This document shows, in pieces, positions 9,721 through 25,000 of a stretch of DNA of 64,000 nucleotides (positions are counted from its first letter, which is position 1; each line of letters begins with the position of its first letter). Made by a program: the position numbers and the translations under genes. Source of the stretch: Gordius albopunctatus (Eukaryota); the NCBI GenBank assembly GCA_964276515.1, contig OZ193910.1, positions 8,246,001 to 8,310,000 of the forward strand. Reading direction: 5' to 3'. The notes below the pieces were generated by a model that was given only the letters and a program-made list of their open reading frames with translations, was not told the origin of the DNA and did no database searches.

Positions 9721-12700
9721 ATCATCGCATAGAGCATGTTTCAAAAATTAAGCACTAACGTTGCGATACAACAAACTAATCGCAACAAGATAACGTTGTC
9801 TTTTCGCAAAATGATAGTTCTCGCAGCTTGAAACATCTTATAAGGAGTCGATCGAGAATAATAGGATTCTCAAATTAGCTTACTTTTATATATTTTATCA
9901 AGCTCTTTTACATAAAATAACAAAAAATATATTTTTTAGGTTAAAATAATTCACAATTTTTTCCTTTCAACCATATTCAACCGATAAATGTTGTTATTTT
10001 TAGACGTGATTTCCATGATAAAAAGTCAAAATTTATCAGAATTAGAGAACTGTTACTTTTAAATCATCATCGCATAGAGCATGTTTCAAAAATTAAGGAC
10101 TAACGTTGCGATACAACAAACTAATCGCAACAAAATAACGTTGTCTTTTCTCAAAATGATTGTTCTCGCAGCTTAAAACTTCTTTCTTAAGTCAATCGAG
10201 CATAAAAGGTTTCTCAAATTAGCTTACTTTTATATATTTTATCAAGCTCTTTTACATAAAATAACAAAAAATATATTTTTTAGGTTAAAATAATTCACAA
10301 TTTTTTCCTTTCAACCATATTCAACCGATAAAAGTTGTTATTTTCAGACGTGATTTCCATGATAAAAAGTTAAAATTTATCAGAATTAGAGAACCATTAC
10401 TTTTAAATCATCATCGCATAGAGCATGTTTCAAAAATTAAGCACTAACGTTGCGATACAACTAACTAATCGAAACAATATAACGTTGTATTTTCTCAAAA
10501 AGATTGTTCTCGCAGCTTAAAACTTCTTTCTGAAGTCGATCGAGATTAATAGGATTCTCAAATGAGCTTACTTTTATATATTTTTTCAAGCTCTTTTACA
10601 TAAAATAACAAAATAAATTTTTTTTCAGGTTAAAATAATTCACAATTTTTTCATTTCGGCCATATTCAACCGATGAAAGTTGTTATTTTCAGACGTGATT
10701 TCCACGATAAAAAGTCAAAATTTATCAGAATTAGAGAACCATTAGATTTAAATCATCATCGCATAGAGCATGTTTCAAAAATTAAGCACTAACGTTGCGA
10801 TACAACTAACTAATCGCAACAATATAACGTTGTCTTTTCTCAAAATGATTGTTCTCGCAGCTTAAAACTTCTTATAAGGAGTCGATCGAGATTAATAGGA
10901 TTCTCAAATCAGCTTACTTTTATATATTTTTTCAAGCTCTTTTACATAAAATAACAAAAAATATATTGTTCAGGTTAAAATAATTCACAATTTTTTCCTT
11001 TCGGCCATATTCAACCGATGAAAGTTGTTATTTTCAGACGTGATTTCCATGATAAAAAGTCAAAATTTATCAGAATTAGAGAACTGTTACTTTTAAATCA
11101 TCATCGCATAGAGCATGTTTCAAAAATTAAGCACTAACGTTGCGATACAACAAACTAATCGCAACAAGATAACGTTGTCTTTTCGCAAAATGATAGTTCT
11201 CGCAGCTTGAAACATCTTATAAGGAGTCGATCGAGAATAATAGGATTCTCAAATTAGCTTACTTTTATATATTTTATCAAGCTCTTTTACATAAAATAAC
11301 AAAAAATATATTTTTTAGGTTAAAATAATTCACAATTTTTTCCTTTCAACCATATTCAACCGATAAATGTTGTTATTTTCAGACGTGATTTCCATGATAA
11401 AAAGTCAAAATTTATCAGAATTAGAGAACTGTTACTTTTAAATCATCATCGCATAGAGCATGTTTCAAAAATTAAGCACTAACGTTGCGATACAACAAAC
11501 TAATCGCAACAAAATAACGTTGTCTTTTCTCAAAATGATTGTTCTCGCAGCTTAAAACTTCTTTCTTAAGTCAATCGAGCATAAAAGGTTTCTCAAATTG
11601 GCTTACTTTAATATATTTTTTCAAGCTCTTTTACATAAAATAACAAAAAATATATTTTTTCAGGATAAAATAATTCACAATTTTTTCCTTCAACCATATT
11701 CAACCGATGAAAGTTGTTATTTTCAGACGTGATTTCCATGATAAAAAGTCAAAATTTATCAGAATTAGAGAACTGTTACTTTTAATTCATCATCGCATAG
11801 AGCATGTTTCAAAAATTAAGCACTAACGTTGCGATACAACAAACTAATCGCAACAAAATAACGTTGTCTTTTCTCAAAATGATTGTTCTCGCAGCTTAAA
11901 ACTTCTTTCTTAAGTCAATCGAGCATAAAAGGTTTCTCAAATTGGCTTACTTTAATATATTTTTTCAAGCTCTTTTACATAAAATAACAAAAAATATATT
12001 TTTTCAGGATAAAATATTTCACAATTTTTTCCTTCAACCATATTCAACCGATGAAAGTTGTTATTTTCAGACGTGATTTCCATGATAAAAAGTTAAAATT
12101 TATCAGAATTAGAGAACCATTACTTTTAAATCATCATCGCATAGAGCATGTTTCAAAAATTAAGCACTAACGTTGCGATACAACTAACTAATCGCAACAA
12201 TATAACGTTGTCTTTTCTCAAAATGATTGTTCTCGCAGCTTAAAACTTCTTATAAGGAGTCGATCGAGATTAATAGGATTCTCAAATGAGCTTACTTTTA
12301 TATATTTTTTCAAGCTCTTTTACATAAAATAACAAAAAATATATTTTTTCAGGTTATAATAATTCACAATTTTTTCCTTCAACCATATTCAACCGATGAA
12401 AGTTGTTATTTTCAGACGTGATTTCCATGATAAAAAGTTAAAATTTATCAGAATTAGAGAACCATTACTTTTAAATCATCATCGCATAGAGCATGTTTCA
12501 AAAATTAAGCACTAACGTTGCGATACAACTAACTAATCGCAACAATATAACGTTGTATTTTCTCAAAATGATTGTTCTCGCAGCTTAAAACTTCTTTCTG
12601 AAGTCGATCGAGATTAATAGGATTCTCAAATGAGCTTACTTTTATATATTTTTTCAAGCTCTTTTACATAAAATAACAAAAAATATATTTTTTCAGGTTA

Positions 12701-15700
12701 TAATAATTCACAATTTTTTCCTTTCAACCATATTCAACCGATGAAAGTTGTTATTTTCAGACGTGATTTCCATGATAAAAAGTTAAAATTTATCAGAATT
12801 AGAGAACTATTACTTTTAAATCATCATCGCATAGAGCATGTTTCAAAAATTAAGCACTAACGTTGCGATACAACAAACTAATCGCAACAAGATAACGTTG
12901 TCTTTTCGCAAAATGATAGTTCTCGCAGCTTGAAACATCTTATAAGGAGTCGATCGAGAATAATAGGATTCTCAAATTAGCTTACTTTTATATATTTTAT
13001 CAAGCTCTTTTACATAAAATAACAAAAAATATATTTTTTAGGTTAAAATAATTCACAATTTTTTCCTTTCAACCATATTCAACCGATAAATGTTGTTATT
13101 TTTAGACGTGATTTCCATGATAAAAAGTCAAAATTTATCAGAATTAGAGAACTGTTACTTTTAAATCATCATCGCATAGAGCATGTTTCAAAAATTAAGG
13201 ACTAACGTTGCGATACAACAAACTAATCGCAACAAAATAACGTTGTCTTTTCTCAAAATGATTGTTCTCGCAGCTTAAAACTTCTTTCTTAAGTCAATCG
13301 AGCATAAAAGGTTTCTCAAATTAGCTTACTTTTATATATTTTATCAAGCTCTTTTACATAAAATAACAAAAAATATATTTTTTAGGTTAAAATAATTCAC
13401 AATTTTTTCCTTTCAACCATATTCAACCGATAAAAGTTGTTATTTTCAGACGTGATTTCCATGATAAAAAGTTAAAATTTATCAGAATTAGAGAACCATT
13501 ACTTTTAAATCATCATCGCATAGAGCATGTTTCAAAAATTAAGCACTAACGTTGCGATACAACTAACTAATCGAAACAATATAACGTTGTATTTTCTCAA
13601 AAAGATTGTTCTCGCAGCTTAAAACTTCTTTCTGAAGTCGATCGAGATTAATAGGATTCTCAAATGAGCTTACTTTTATATATTTTTTCAAGCTCTTTTA
13701 CATAAAATAACAAAATAAATTTTTTTTCAGGTTAAAATAATTCACAATTTTTTCATTTCGGCCATATTCAACCGATGAAAGTTGTTATTTTCAGACGTGA
13801 TTTCCACGATAAAAAGTCAAAATTTATCAGAATTAGAGAACCATTAGATTTAAATCATCATCGCATAGAGCATGTTTCAAAAATTAAGCACTAACGTTGC
13901 GATACAACTAACTAATCGCAACAATATAACGTTGTCTTTTCTCAAAATGATTGTTCTCGCAGCTTAAAACTTCTTATAAGGAGTCGATCGAGATTAATAG
14001 GATTCTCAAATCAGCTTACTTTTATATATTTTTTCAAGCTCTTTTACATAAAATAACAAAAAATATATTGTTCAGGTTAAAATAATTCACAATTTTTTCC
14101 TTTCGGCCATATTCAACCGATGAAAGTTGTTATTTTCAGACGTGATTTCCATGATAAAAAGTCAAAATTTATCAGAATTAGAGAACTGTTACTTTTAAAT
14201 CATCATCGCATAGAGCATGTTTCAAAAATTAAGCACTAACGTTGCGATACAACAAACTAATCGCAACAAGATAACGTTGTCTTTTCGCAAAATGATAGTT
14301 CTCGCACCTTGAAACATCTTATAAGGAGTCGATCGAGAATAATAGGATTCTCAAATTAGCTTACTTTTATATATTTTATCAAGCTCTTTTACATAAAATA
14401 ACAAAAAATATATTTTTTAGGTTAAAATAATTCACAATTTTTTCCTTTCAACCATATTCAACCGATAAATGTTGTTATTTTCAGACGTGATTTCCATGAT
14501 AAAAAGTCAAAATTTATCAGAATTAGAGAACTGTTACTTTTAAATCATCATCGCATAGAGCATGTTTCAAAAATTAAGCACTAACGTTGCGATACAACAA
14601 ACTAATCGCAACAAAATAACGTTGTCTTTTCTCAAAATGATTGTTCTCGCAGCTTAAAACTTCTTTCTTAAGTCAATCGAGCATAAAAGGTTTCTCAAAT
14701 TGGCTTACTTTAATATATTTTTTCAAGCTCTTTTACATAAAATAACAAAAAATATATTTTTTCAGGATAAAATAATTCACAATTTTTTCCTTCAACCATA
14801 TTCAACCGATGAAAGTTGTTATTTTCAGACGTGATTTCCATGATAAAAAGTCAAAATTTATCAGAATTAGAGAACTGTTACTTTTAATTCATCATCGCAT
14901 AGAGCATGTTTCAAAAATTAAGCACTAACGTTGCGATACAACAAACTAATCGCAACAAAATAACGTTGTCTTTTCTCAAAATGATTGTTCTCGCAGCTTA
15001 AAACTTCTTTCTTAAGTCAATCGAGCATAAAAGGTTTCTCAAATTGGCTTACTTTAATATATTTTTTCAAGCTCTTTTACATAAAATAACAAAAAATATA
15101 TTTTTTCAGGATAAAATACTTCACAATTTTTTCCTTCAACCATATTCAACCGATGAAAGTTGTTATTTTCAGACGTGATTTCCATGATAAAAAGTTAAAA
15201 TTTATCAGAATTAGAGAACCATTACTTTTAAATCATCATCGCATAGAGCATGTTTCAAAAATTAAGCACTAACGTTGCGATACAACTAACTAATCGCAAC
15301 AATATAACGTTGTCTTTTCTCAAAATGATTGTTCTCGCAGCTTAAAACTTCTTATAAGGAGTCGATCGAGATTAATAGGATTCTCAAATGAGCTTACTTT
15401 TATATATTTTTTCAAGCTCTTTTACATAAAATAACAAAAAATATATTTTTTCAGGTTATAATAATTCACAATTTTTTCCTTCAACCATATTCAACCGATG
15501 AAAGTTGTTATTTTCAGACGTGATTTCCATGATAAAAAGTTAAAATTTATCAGAATTAGAGAACCATTACTTTTAAATCATCATCGCATAGAGCATGTTT
15601 CAAAAATTAAGCACTAACGTTGCGATACAACTAACTAATCGCAACAATATAACGTTGTATTTTCTCAAAATGATTGTTCTCGCAGCTTAAAACTTCTTTC

Positions 15701-17240
15701 TGAAGTCGATCGAGATTAATAGGATTCTCAAATGAGCTTACTTTTATATATTTTTTCAAGCTCTTTTACATAAAATAACAAAAAATATATTTTTTCAGGT
15801 TATAATAATTCACAATTTTTTCCTTTCAACCATATTCAACCGATGAAAGTTGTTATTTTCAGACGTGATTTCCATGATAAAAAGTTAAAATTTATCAGAA
15901 TTAGAGAACTATTACTTTTAAATCATCATCGCATAGAGCATGTTTCAAAAATTAAGCACTAACGTTGCGATACAACAAACTAATCGCAACAAGATAACGT
16001 TGTCTTTTCGCAAAATGATAGTTCTCGCAGCTTGAAACATCTTATAAGGAGTCGATCGAGAATAATAGGATTCTCAAATTAGCTTACTTTTATATATTTT
16101 ATCAAGCTCTTTTACATAAAATAACAAAAAATATATTTTTTAGGTTAAAATAATTCACAATTTTTTCCTTTCAACCATATTCAACCGATAAATGTTGTTA
16201 TTTTTAGACGTGATTTCCATGATAAAAAGTCAAAATTTATCAGAATTAGAGAACTGTTACTTTTAAATCATCATCGCATAGAGCATGTTTCAAAAATTAA
16301 GGACTAACGTTGCGATACAACAAACTAATCGCAACAAAATAACGTTGTCTTTTCTCAAAATGATTGTTCTCGCAGCTTAAAACTTCTTTCTTAAGTCAAT
16401 CGAGCATAAAAGGTTTCTCAAATTAGCTTACTTTTATATATTTTATCAAGCTCTTTTACATAAAATAACAAAAAATATATTTTTTAGGTTAAAATAATTC
16501 ACAATTTTTTCCTTTCAACCATATTCAACCGATAAAAGTTGTTATTTTCAGACGTGATTTCCATGATAAAAAGTTAAAATTTATCAGAATTAGAGAACCA
16601 TTACTTTTAAATCATCATCGCATAGAGCATGTTTCAAAAATTAAGCACTAACGTTGCGATACAACTAACTAATCGAAACAATATAACGTTGTATTTTCTC
16701 AAAAAGATTGTTCTCGCAGCTTAAAACTTCTTTCTGAAGTCGATCGAGATTAATAGGATTCTCAAATGAGCTTACTTTTATATATTTTTTCAAGCTCTTT
16801 TACATAAAATAACAAAATAAATTTTTTTTCAGGTTAAAATAATTCACAATTTTTTCATTTCGGCCATATTCAACCGATGAAAGTTGTTATTTTCAGACGT
16901 GATTTCCACGATAAAAAGTCAAAATTTATCAGAATTAGAGAACCATTAGATTTAAATCATCATCGCATAGAGCATGTTTCAAAAATTAAGCACTAACGTT
17001 GCGATACAACTAACTAATCGCAACAATATAACGTTGTCTTTTCTCAAAATGATTGTTCTCGCAGCTTAAAACTTCTTATAAGGAGTCGATCGAGATTAAT
17101 AGGATTCTCAAATCAGCTTACTTTTATATATTTTTTCAAGCTCTTTTACATAAAATAACAAAAAATATATTGTTCAGGTTAAAATAATTCACAATTTTTT
17201 CCTTTCGGCCATATTCAACCGATGAAAGTTGTTATTTTCA
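9440..17240. repeat. 9-monomer higher-order repeat, 3102-bp period, about 2.5 copies
   Basis: The marker ccacga sits at 10702, 13804 and 16906, 3102 bp apart. Markers aaaagatt, taattcatc and aaggact recur with the same period. Confidence 0.9.
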
Positions 17241-20200
17241 GAGGTGATTTCCATGATAAAAAGTCAAAATTTATCAGAATTAGAGAACCATTACTTTTAA
17301 ATCATCATCGCATAGAGCATGTTTCAAAAATTAAGCACTAACGTTGCGATACAACAAACTAATCGCAACAAAATAACGTTGTCTTTTCTCAAAATGATTG
17401 TTCTCGCAGCTTAAAACTTCTTTCTTAAGTCAATCGAGCATAAAAGGTTTCTCAAATTGGCTTACTTTAATATATTTTTTCAAGCTCTTTTACATAAAAT
17501 AACAAAAAATATATTTTTTCAGGATAAAATAATTCACAATTTTTTCCTTCAACCATATTCAACCGATGAAAGTTGTTATTTTCAGACGTGATTTCCATGA
17601 TAAAAAGTCAAAATTTATCAGAATTAGAGAACTGTTACTTTTAATTCATCATCGCATAGAGCATGTTTCAAAAATTAAGCACTAACGTTGCGATACAACT
17701 AACTAATCGCAACAATATAACGTTGTCTTTTCTCAAAATGATTGTTCTCGCAGCTTAAAACTTCTTATAAGGAGTCGATCGAGATTAATAGGATTCTCAA
17801 ATCAGCTTACTTTTATATATTTTTTCAAGCTCTTTTACATAAAATAACAAAAAATATATTGTTCAGGTTAAAATAATTCACAATTTTTTCCTTTCGGCCA
17901 TATTCAACCGATGAAAGTTGTTATTTTCAGACGTGATTTCCATGATAAAAAGTCAAAATTTATCAGAATTAGAGAACTGTTACTTTTAAATCATCATCGC
18001 ATAGAGCATGTTTCAAAAATTAAGCACTAACGTTGCGATACAACAAACTAATCGCAACAAAATAACGTTGTCTTTTCTCAAAATGATTGTTCTCGCAGCT
18101 TAAAACTTCTTTCTTAAGTCAATCGAGCATAAAAGGTTTCTCAAATTGGCTTACTTTAATATATTTTTTCAAGCTCTTTTACATAAAATAACAAAAAATA
18201 TATTTTTTCAGGATAAAATAATTCACAATTTTTTCCTTCAACCATATTCAACCGATGAAAGTTGTTATTTTCAGACGTGATTTCCATGATAAAAAGTCAA
18301 AATTTATCAGAATTAGAGAACTGTTACTTTTAATTCATCATCGCATAGAGCATGTTTCAAAAATTAAGCACTAACGTTGCGATACAACAAACTAATCGCA
18401 ACAAAATAACGTTGTCTTTTCTCAAAATGATTGTTCTCGCAGCTTAAAACTTCTTTCTTAAGTCAATCGAGCATAAAAGGTTTCTCAAATTGGCTTACTT
18501 TAATATATTTTTTCAAGCTCTTTTACATAAAATAACAAAAAATATATTTTTTCAGGATAAAATACTTCACAATTTTTTCCTTCAACCATATTCAATCGAT
18601 GAAAGTTGTTATTTTCAGACGTGATTTCCATGATAAAAAGTTAAAATTTATCAGAATTAGAGAACCATTACTTTTAAATCATCATCGCATAGAGCATGTT
18701 TCAAAAATTAAGCACTAACGTTGCGATACAACTAACTAATCGCAACAATATAACGTTGTCTTTTCTCAAAATGATTGTTCTCGCAGCTTAAAACTTCTTA
18801 TAAGGAGTCGATCGAGATTAATAGGATTCTCAAATCAGCTTACTTTTATATATTTTTTCAAGCTCTTTTACATAAAATAACAAAAAATATATTGTTCAGG
18901 TTAAAATAATTCACAATTTTTTCCTTTCGGCCATATTCAACCGATGAAAGTTGTTATTTTCAGACGTGATTTCCATGATAAAAAGTCAAAATTTATCAGA
19001 ATTAGAGAACCATTACTTTTAAATCATCATCGCATAGAGCATGTTTCAAAAATTAAGCACTAACGTTGCGATACAACTAACTAATCGCAACAAAATAACG
19101 TTGTCTTTTCTCAAAATGATTGTTCTCGCAGCTTAAAACTTCTTTCTTAAGTCAATCGAGCATAAAAGGTTTCTCAAATTGGCTTACTTTAATATATTTT
19201 TTCAAGCTCTTTTACATAAAATAACAAAAAATATATTTTTTCAGGATAAAATAATTCACAATTTTTTCCTTCAACCATATTCAACCGATGAAAGTTGTTA
19301 TTTTCAGACCTGATTTCCATGATAAAAAGTCAAAATTTATCAGAATTAGAGAACTGTTACTTTTAAATCATCATCGCATAGAGCATGTTTCAAAAATTAA
19401 GCACTAACGTTGCGATACAACAAACTAATCGCAACAAAATAACGTTGTCTTTTCTCAAAATGATTGTTCTCGCAGCTTAAAACTTCTTTCTTAAGTCAAT
19501 CGAGATTAATAGGATTCTCAAATGAGCTTACTTTTATATATTTTTTCAAGCTCTTTTACATAAAATAACAAAATAAATTTTTTTTCAGGATAAAATAATT
19601 CACAATTTTTTCCTTTCAACCATATTCAACCGATAAAAGTTGTTATTTTCAGACGTGATTTCCATGATAAAAAGTTAAAATTTATCAGAATTAGAGAACC
19701 ATTACTTTTAAAATGATCATCGCATAGAGCATGTTTCAAAAATTAAGCACTAACGTTGCGATACAACTAACTAATCGCAACAATATAACGTTGTATTTTC
19801 TCAAAATGATTGTTCTCGCAGCTTAAAACTTCTTTCTGAAGTCAATCGAGGATAAAAGGTTTCTCAAATCAGCTTACTTTTATATATTTTTTCAAGCTCT
19901 TTTACATAAAATAACAAAATAAATTTTTTTTCAGGTGAAAATAATTCACAATTTTTTCATTTCGGCCATATTCAACCGATGAAAGTTGTTATTATCAGAC
20001 GTGATTTCCACGATAAAAAGTCAAAATTTATCAGAATTAGAGAACCATTAGATTTAAATCATCATCGCATAGAGCATGTTTCAAAAATTAAGCACTAACG
20101 TTGCTATACAACTAACTAATCGCAACAATATAACGTTGTCTTTTCTCAAAATGATTGTTCTCGCAGCTTAAAACTTCTTATAAGGAGTCGATCGAGATTA

Positions 20201-22064
20201 ATAGGATTCTCAAATCAGCTTACTTTTATATATTTTTTCAAGCTCTTTTACATAAAATAACAAAAAATATATTGTTCAGGTTAAAATAATTCACAATTTT
20301 TTCCTTTCGGCCATATTCAACCGATGAAAGTTGTTATTTTCAGACGTGATTTCCATGATAAAAAGTCAAAATTTATCAGAATTAGAGAACTGTTACTTTT
20401 AAATCATCATCGCATAGAGCATGTTTCAAAAATTAAGCACTAACGTTGCGATACAACAAACTAATCGCAACAAGATAACGTTGTCTTTTCGCAAAATGAT
20501 AGTTCTCGCAGCTTGAAACATCTTATAAGGAGTCGATCGAGAATAATAGGATTCTCAAATTAGCTTACTTTTATATATTTTTTCAAGCTCTTTTACATAA
20601 AATAACAAAAAATATATTTTTTCAGGATAAAATAATTCACAATTTTTTCCTTTCAACCATATTACACTGATGAAAGTTGTTATTTTCAGACGTGATTTCC
20701 ATGATAAAAAGTTAAAATTTATCAGAATTAGAGAACCATTACTTTTAAATCATCATCGCATAGAGCATGTTTCAAAAATTAAGCACTAACGTTGCGATAC
20801 AACTAACTAATCGCAACAATATAACGTTGTATTTTCTCAAAATGATTGTTCTCGCAGCTTAAAACTTCTTATAAGGAGTCGATCGAGATTAATAGGATTC
20901 TCAAATGAGCTTACTTTTATATATTTTTTCAAGCTCTTTTACATAAAATAACAAAAAATATATTTTTTCAGGTTATAATAATTCACAATTTTTTCCTTTC
21001 AACCATATTCAACCGATGAAAGTTGTTATTTTCAGACGTGATTTCCATGATAAAAAGTTAAAATTTATCAGAATTAGAGAACTATTACTTTTAAATCATC
21101 ATCGCATAGAGCATGTTTCAAAAATTAAGCACTAACGTTGCGATACAACAAACTAATCGCAACAAGATAACGTTGTCTTTTCGCAAAATGATAGTTCTCG
21201 CAGCTTGAAACATCTTATAAGGAGTCGATCGAGAATAATAGGATTCTCAAATTAGCTTACTTTTATATATTTTATCAAGCTCTTTTACATAAAATAACAA
21301 AAAATATATTTTTTAGGTTAAAATAATTCACAATTTTTTCCTTTCAACCATATTCAACCGATAAATGTTGTTATTTTTAGACGTGATTTCCATGATAAAA
21401 AGTCAAAATTTATCAGAATTAGAGAACTGTTACTTTTAAATCATCATCGCATAGAGCATGTTTCAAAAATTAAGGACTAACGTTGCGATACAACAAACTA
21501 ATCGCAACAAAATAACGTTGTCTTTTCTCAAAATGATTGTTCTCGCAGCTTAAAACTTCTTTCTTAAGTCAATCGAGCATAAAAGGTTTCTCAAATTAGC
21601 TTACTTTTATATATTTTATCAAGCTCTTTTACATAAAATAACAAAAAATATATTTTTTAGGTTAAAATAATTCACAATTTTTTCCTTTCAACCATATTCA
21701 ACCGATAAAAGTTGTTATTTTCAGACGTGATTTCATGATAAAAAGTTAAAATTTATCAGAATTAGAGAACCATTACTTTTAAATCATCATCGCATAGAGC
21801 ATGTTTCAAAAATTAAGCACTAACGTTGCGATACAACTAACTAATCGAAACAATATAACGTTGTATTTTCTCAAAAAGATTGTTCTCGCAGCTTAAAACT
21901 TCTTTCTGAAGTCGATCGAGATTAATAGGATTCTCAAATGAGCTTACTTTTATATATTTTTTCAAGCTCTTTTACATAAAATAACAAAATAAATTTTTTT
22001 TCAGGTTAAAATAATTCACAATTTTTTCATTTCGGCCATATTCAACCGATGAAAGTTGTTATTT

Positions 22065-25000
22065 TCAGACGTGATTTCCACGATAAAAAGTCAAAATTTA
22101 TCAGAATTAGAGAACCATTAGATTTAAATCATCATCGCATAGAGCATGTTTCAAAAATTAAGCACTAACGTTGCGATACAACTAACTAATCGCAACAATA
22201 TAACGTTGTCTTTTCTCAAAATGATTGTTCTCGCAGCTTAAAACTTCTTATAAGGAGTCGATCGAGATTAATAGGATTCTCAAATCAGCTTACTTTTATA
22301 TATTTTTTCAAGCTCTTTTACATAAAATAACAAAAAATATATTGTTCAGGTTAAAATAATTCACAATTTTTTCCTTTCGGCCATATTCAACCGATGAAAG
22401 TTGTTATTTTCAGACGTGATTTCCATGATAAAAAGTCAAAATTTATCAGAATTAGAGAACTGTTACTTTTAAATCATCATCGCATAGAGCATGTTTCAAA
22501 AATTAAGCACTAACGTTGCGATACAACAAACTAATCGCAACAAGATAACGTTGTCTTTTCGCAAAATGATAGTTCTCGCAGCTTGAAACATCTTATAAGG
22601 AGTCGATCGAGAATAATAGGATTCTCAAATTAGCTTACTTTTATATATTTTATCAAGCTCTTTTACATAAAATAACAAAAAATATATTTTTTAGGTTAAA
22701 ATAATTCACAATTTTTTCCTTTCAACCATATTCAACCGATAAATGTTGTTATTTTCAGACGTGATTTCCATGATAAAAAGTCAAAATTTATCAGAATTAG
22801 AGAACTGTTACTTTTAAATCATCATCGCATAGAGCATGTTTCAAAAATTAAGCACTAACGTTGCGATACAACAAACTAATCGCAACAAAATAACGTTGTC
22901 TTTTCTCAAAATGATTGTTCTCGCAGCTTAAAACTTCTTTCTTAAGTCAATCGAGCATAAAAGGTTTCTCAAATTGGCTTACTTTAATATATTTTTTCAA
23001 GCTCTTTTACATAAAATAACAAAAAATATATTTTTTCAGGATAAAATAATTCACAATTTTTTCCTTCAACCATATTCAACCGATGAAAGTTGTTATTTTC
23101 AGACGTGATTTCCATGATAAAAAGTCAAAATTTATCAGAATTAGAGAACTGTTACTTTTAAATCATCATCGCATAGAGCATGTTTCAAAAATTAAGCACT
23201 AACGTTGCGATACAACAAACTAATCGCAACAAAATAACGTTGTCTTTTCTCAAAATGATTGTTCTCGCAGCTTAAAACTTCTTTCTTAAGTCAATCGAGC
23301 ATAAAAGGTTTCTCAAATTGGCTTACTTTAATATATTTTTTCAAGCTCTTTTACATAAAATAACAAAAAATATATTTTTTCAGGATAAAATAATTCACAA
23401 TTTTTTCCTTCAACCATATTCAACCGATGAAAGTTGTTATTTTCAGACGTGATTTCCATGATAAAAAGTTAAAATTTATCAGAATTAGAGAACCATTACT
23501 TTTAAATCATCATCGCATAGAGCATGTTTCAAAAATTAAGCACTAACGTTGCGATACAACTAACTAATCGCAACAATATAACGTTGTCTTTTCTCAAAAT
23601 GATTGTTCTCGCAGCTTAAAACTTCTTATAAGGAGTCGATCGAGATTAATAGGATTCTCAAATCAGCTTACTTTTATATATTTTTTCAAGCTCTTTTACA
23701 TAAAATAACAAAAAATATATTGTTCAGGTTAAAATAATTCACAATTTTTTCCTTTCGGCCATATTCAACCGATGAAAGTTGTTATTTTCAGACGTGATTT
23801 CCATGATAAAAAGTCAAAATTTATCAGAATTAGAGAACCATTACTTTTAAATCATCATCGCATAGAGCATGTTTCAAAAATTAAGCACTAACGTTGCGAT
23901 ACAACTAACTAATCGCAACAAAATAACGTTGTCTTTTCTCAAAATGATTGTTCTCGCAGCTTAAAACTTCTTTCTTAAGTCAATCGAGCATAAAAGGTTT
24001 CTCAAATTGGCTTACTTTAATATATTTTTTCAAGCTCTTTTACATAAAATAACAAAAAATATATTTTTTCAGGATAAAATAATTCACAATTTTTTCCTTC
24101 AACCATATTCAACCGATGAAAGTTGTTATTTTCAGACGTGATTTCCATGATAAAAAGTCAAAATTTATCAGAATTAGAGAACTGTTACTTTTAAATCATC
24201 ATCGCATAGAGCATGTTTCAAAAATTAAGCACTAACGTTGCGATACAACAAACTAATCGCAACAAAATAACGTTGTCTTTTCTCAAAATGATTGTTCTCG
24301 CAGCTTAAAACTTCTTTCTTAAGTCAATCGAGATTAATAGGATTCTCAAATGAGCTTACTTTTATATATTTTTTCAAGCTCTTTTACATAAAATAACAAA
24401 ATAAATTTTTTTTCAGGATAAAATAATTCACAATTTTTTCCTTTCAACCATATTCAACCGATAAAAGTTGTTATTTTCAGACGTGATTTCCATGATAAAA
24501 AGTTAAAATTTATCAGAATTAGAGAACCATTACTTTTAAATCATCATCGCATAGAGCATGTTTCAAAAATTAAGCACTAACGTTGCGATACAACTAACTA
24601 ATCGCAACAATATAACGTTGTATTTTCTCAAAATGATTGTTCTCGCAGCTTAAAACTTCTTTCTGAAGTCAATCGAGGATAAAAGGTTTCTCAAATCAGC
24701 TTACTTTTATATATTTTTTCAAGCTCTTTTACATAAAATAATAAAATTAATTTTTTTTCAGGTTAAAATAATTCACAATTTTTTCATTTCGGCCATATTC
24801 AACCGATGAAAGTTGTTATTTTCAGACGTGATTTCCACGATAAAAAGTCAAAATTTATCAGAATTAGAGAACCATTAGATTTAAATCATCATCGCATAGA
24901 GCATGTTTCAAAAATTAAGCACTAACGTTGCGATACAACTAACTAATCGCAACAATATAACGTTGTCTTTTCTCAAAATGATTGTTCTCGCAGCTTAAAA

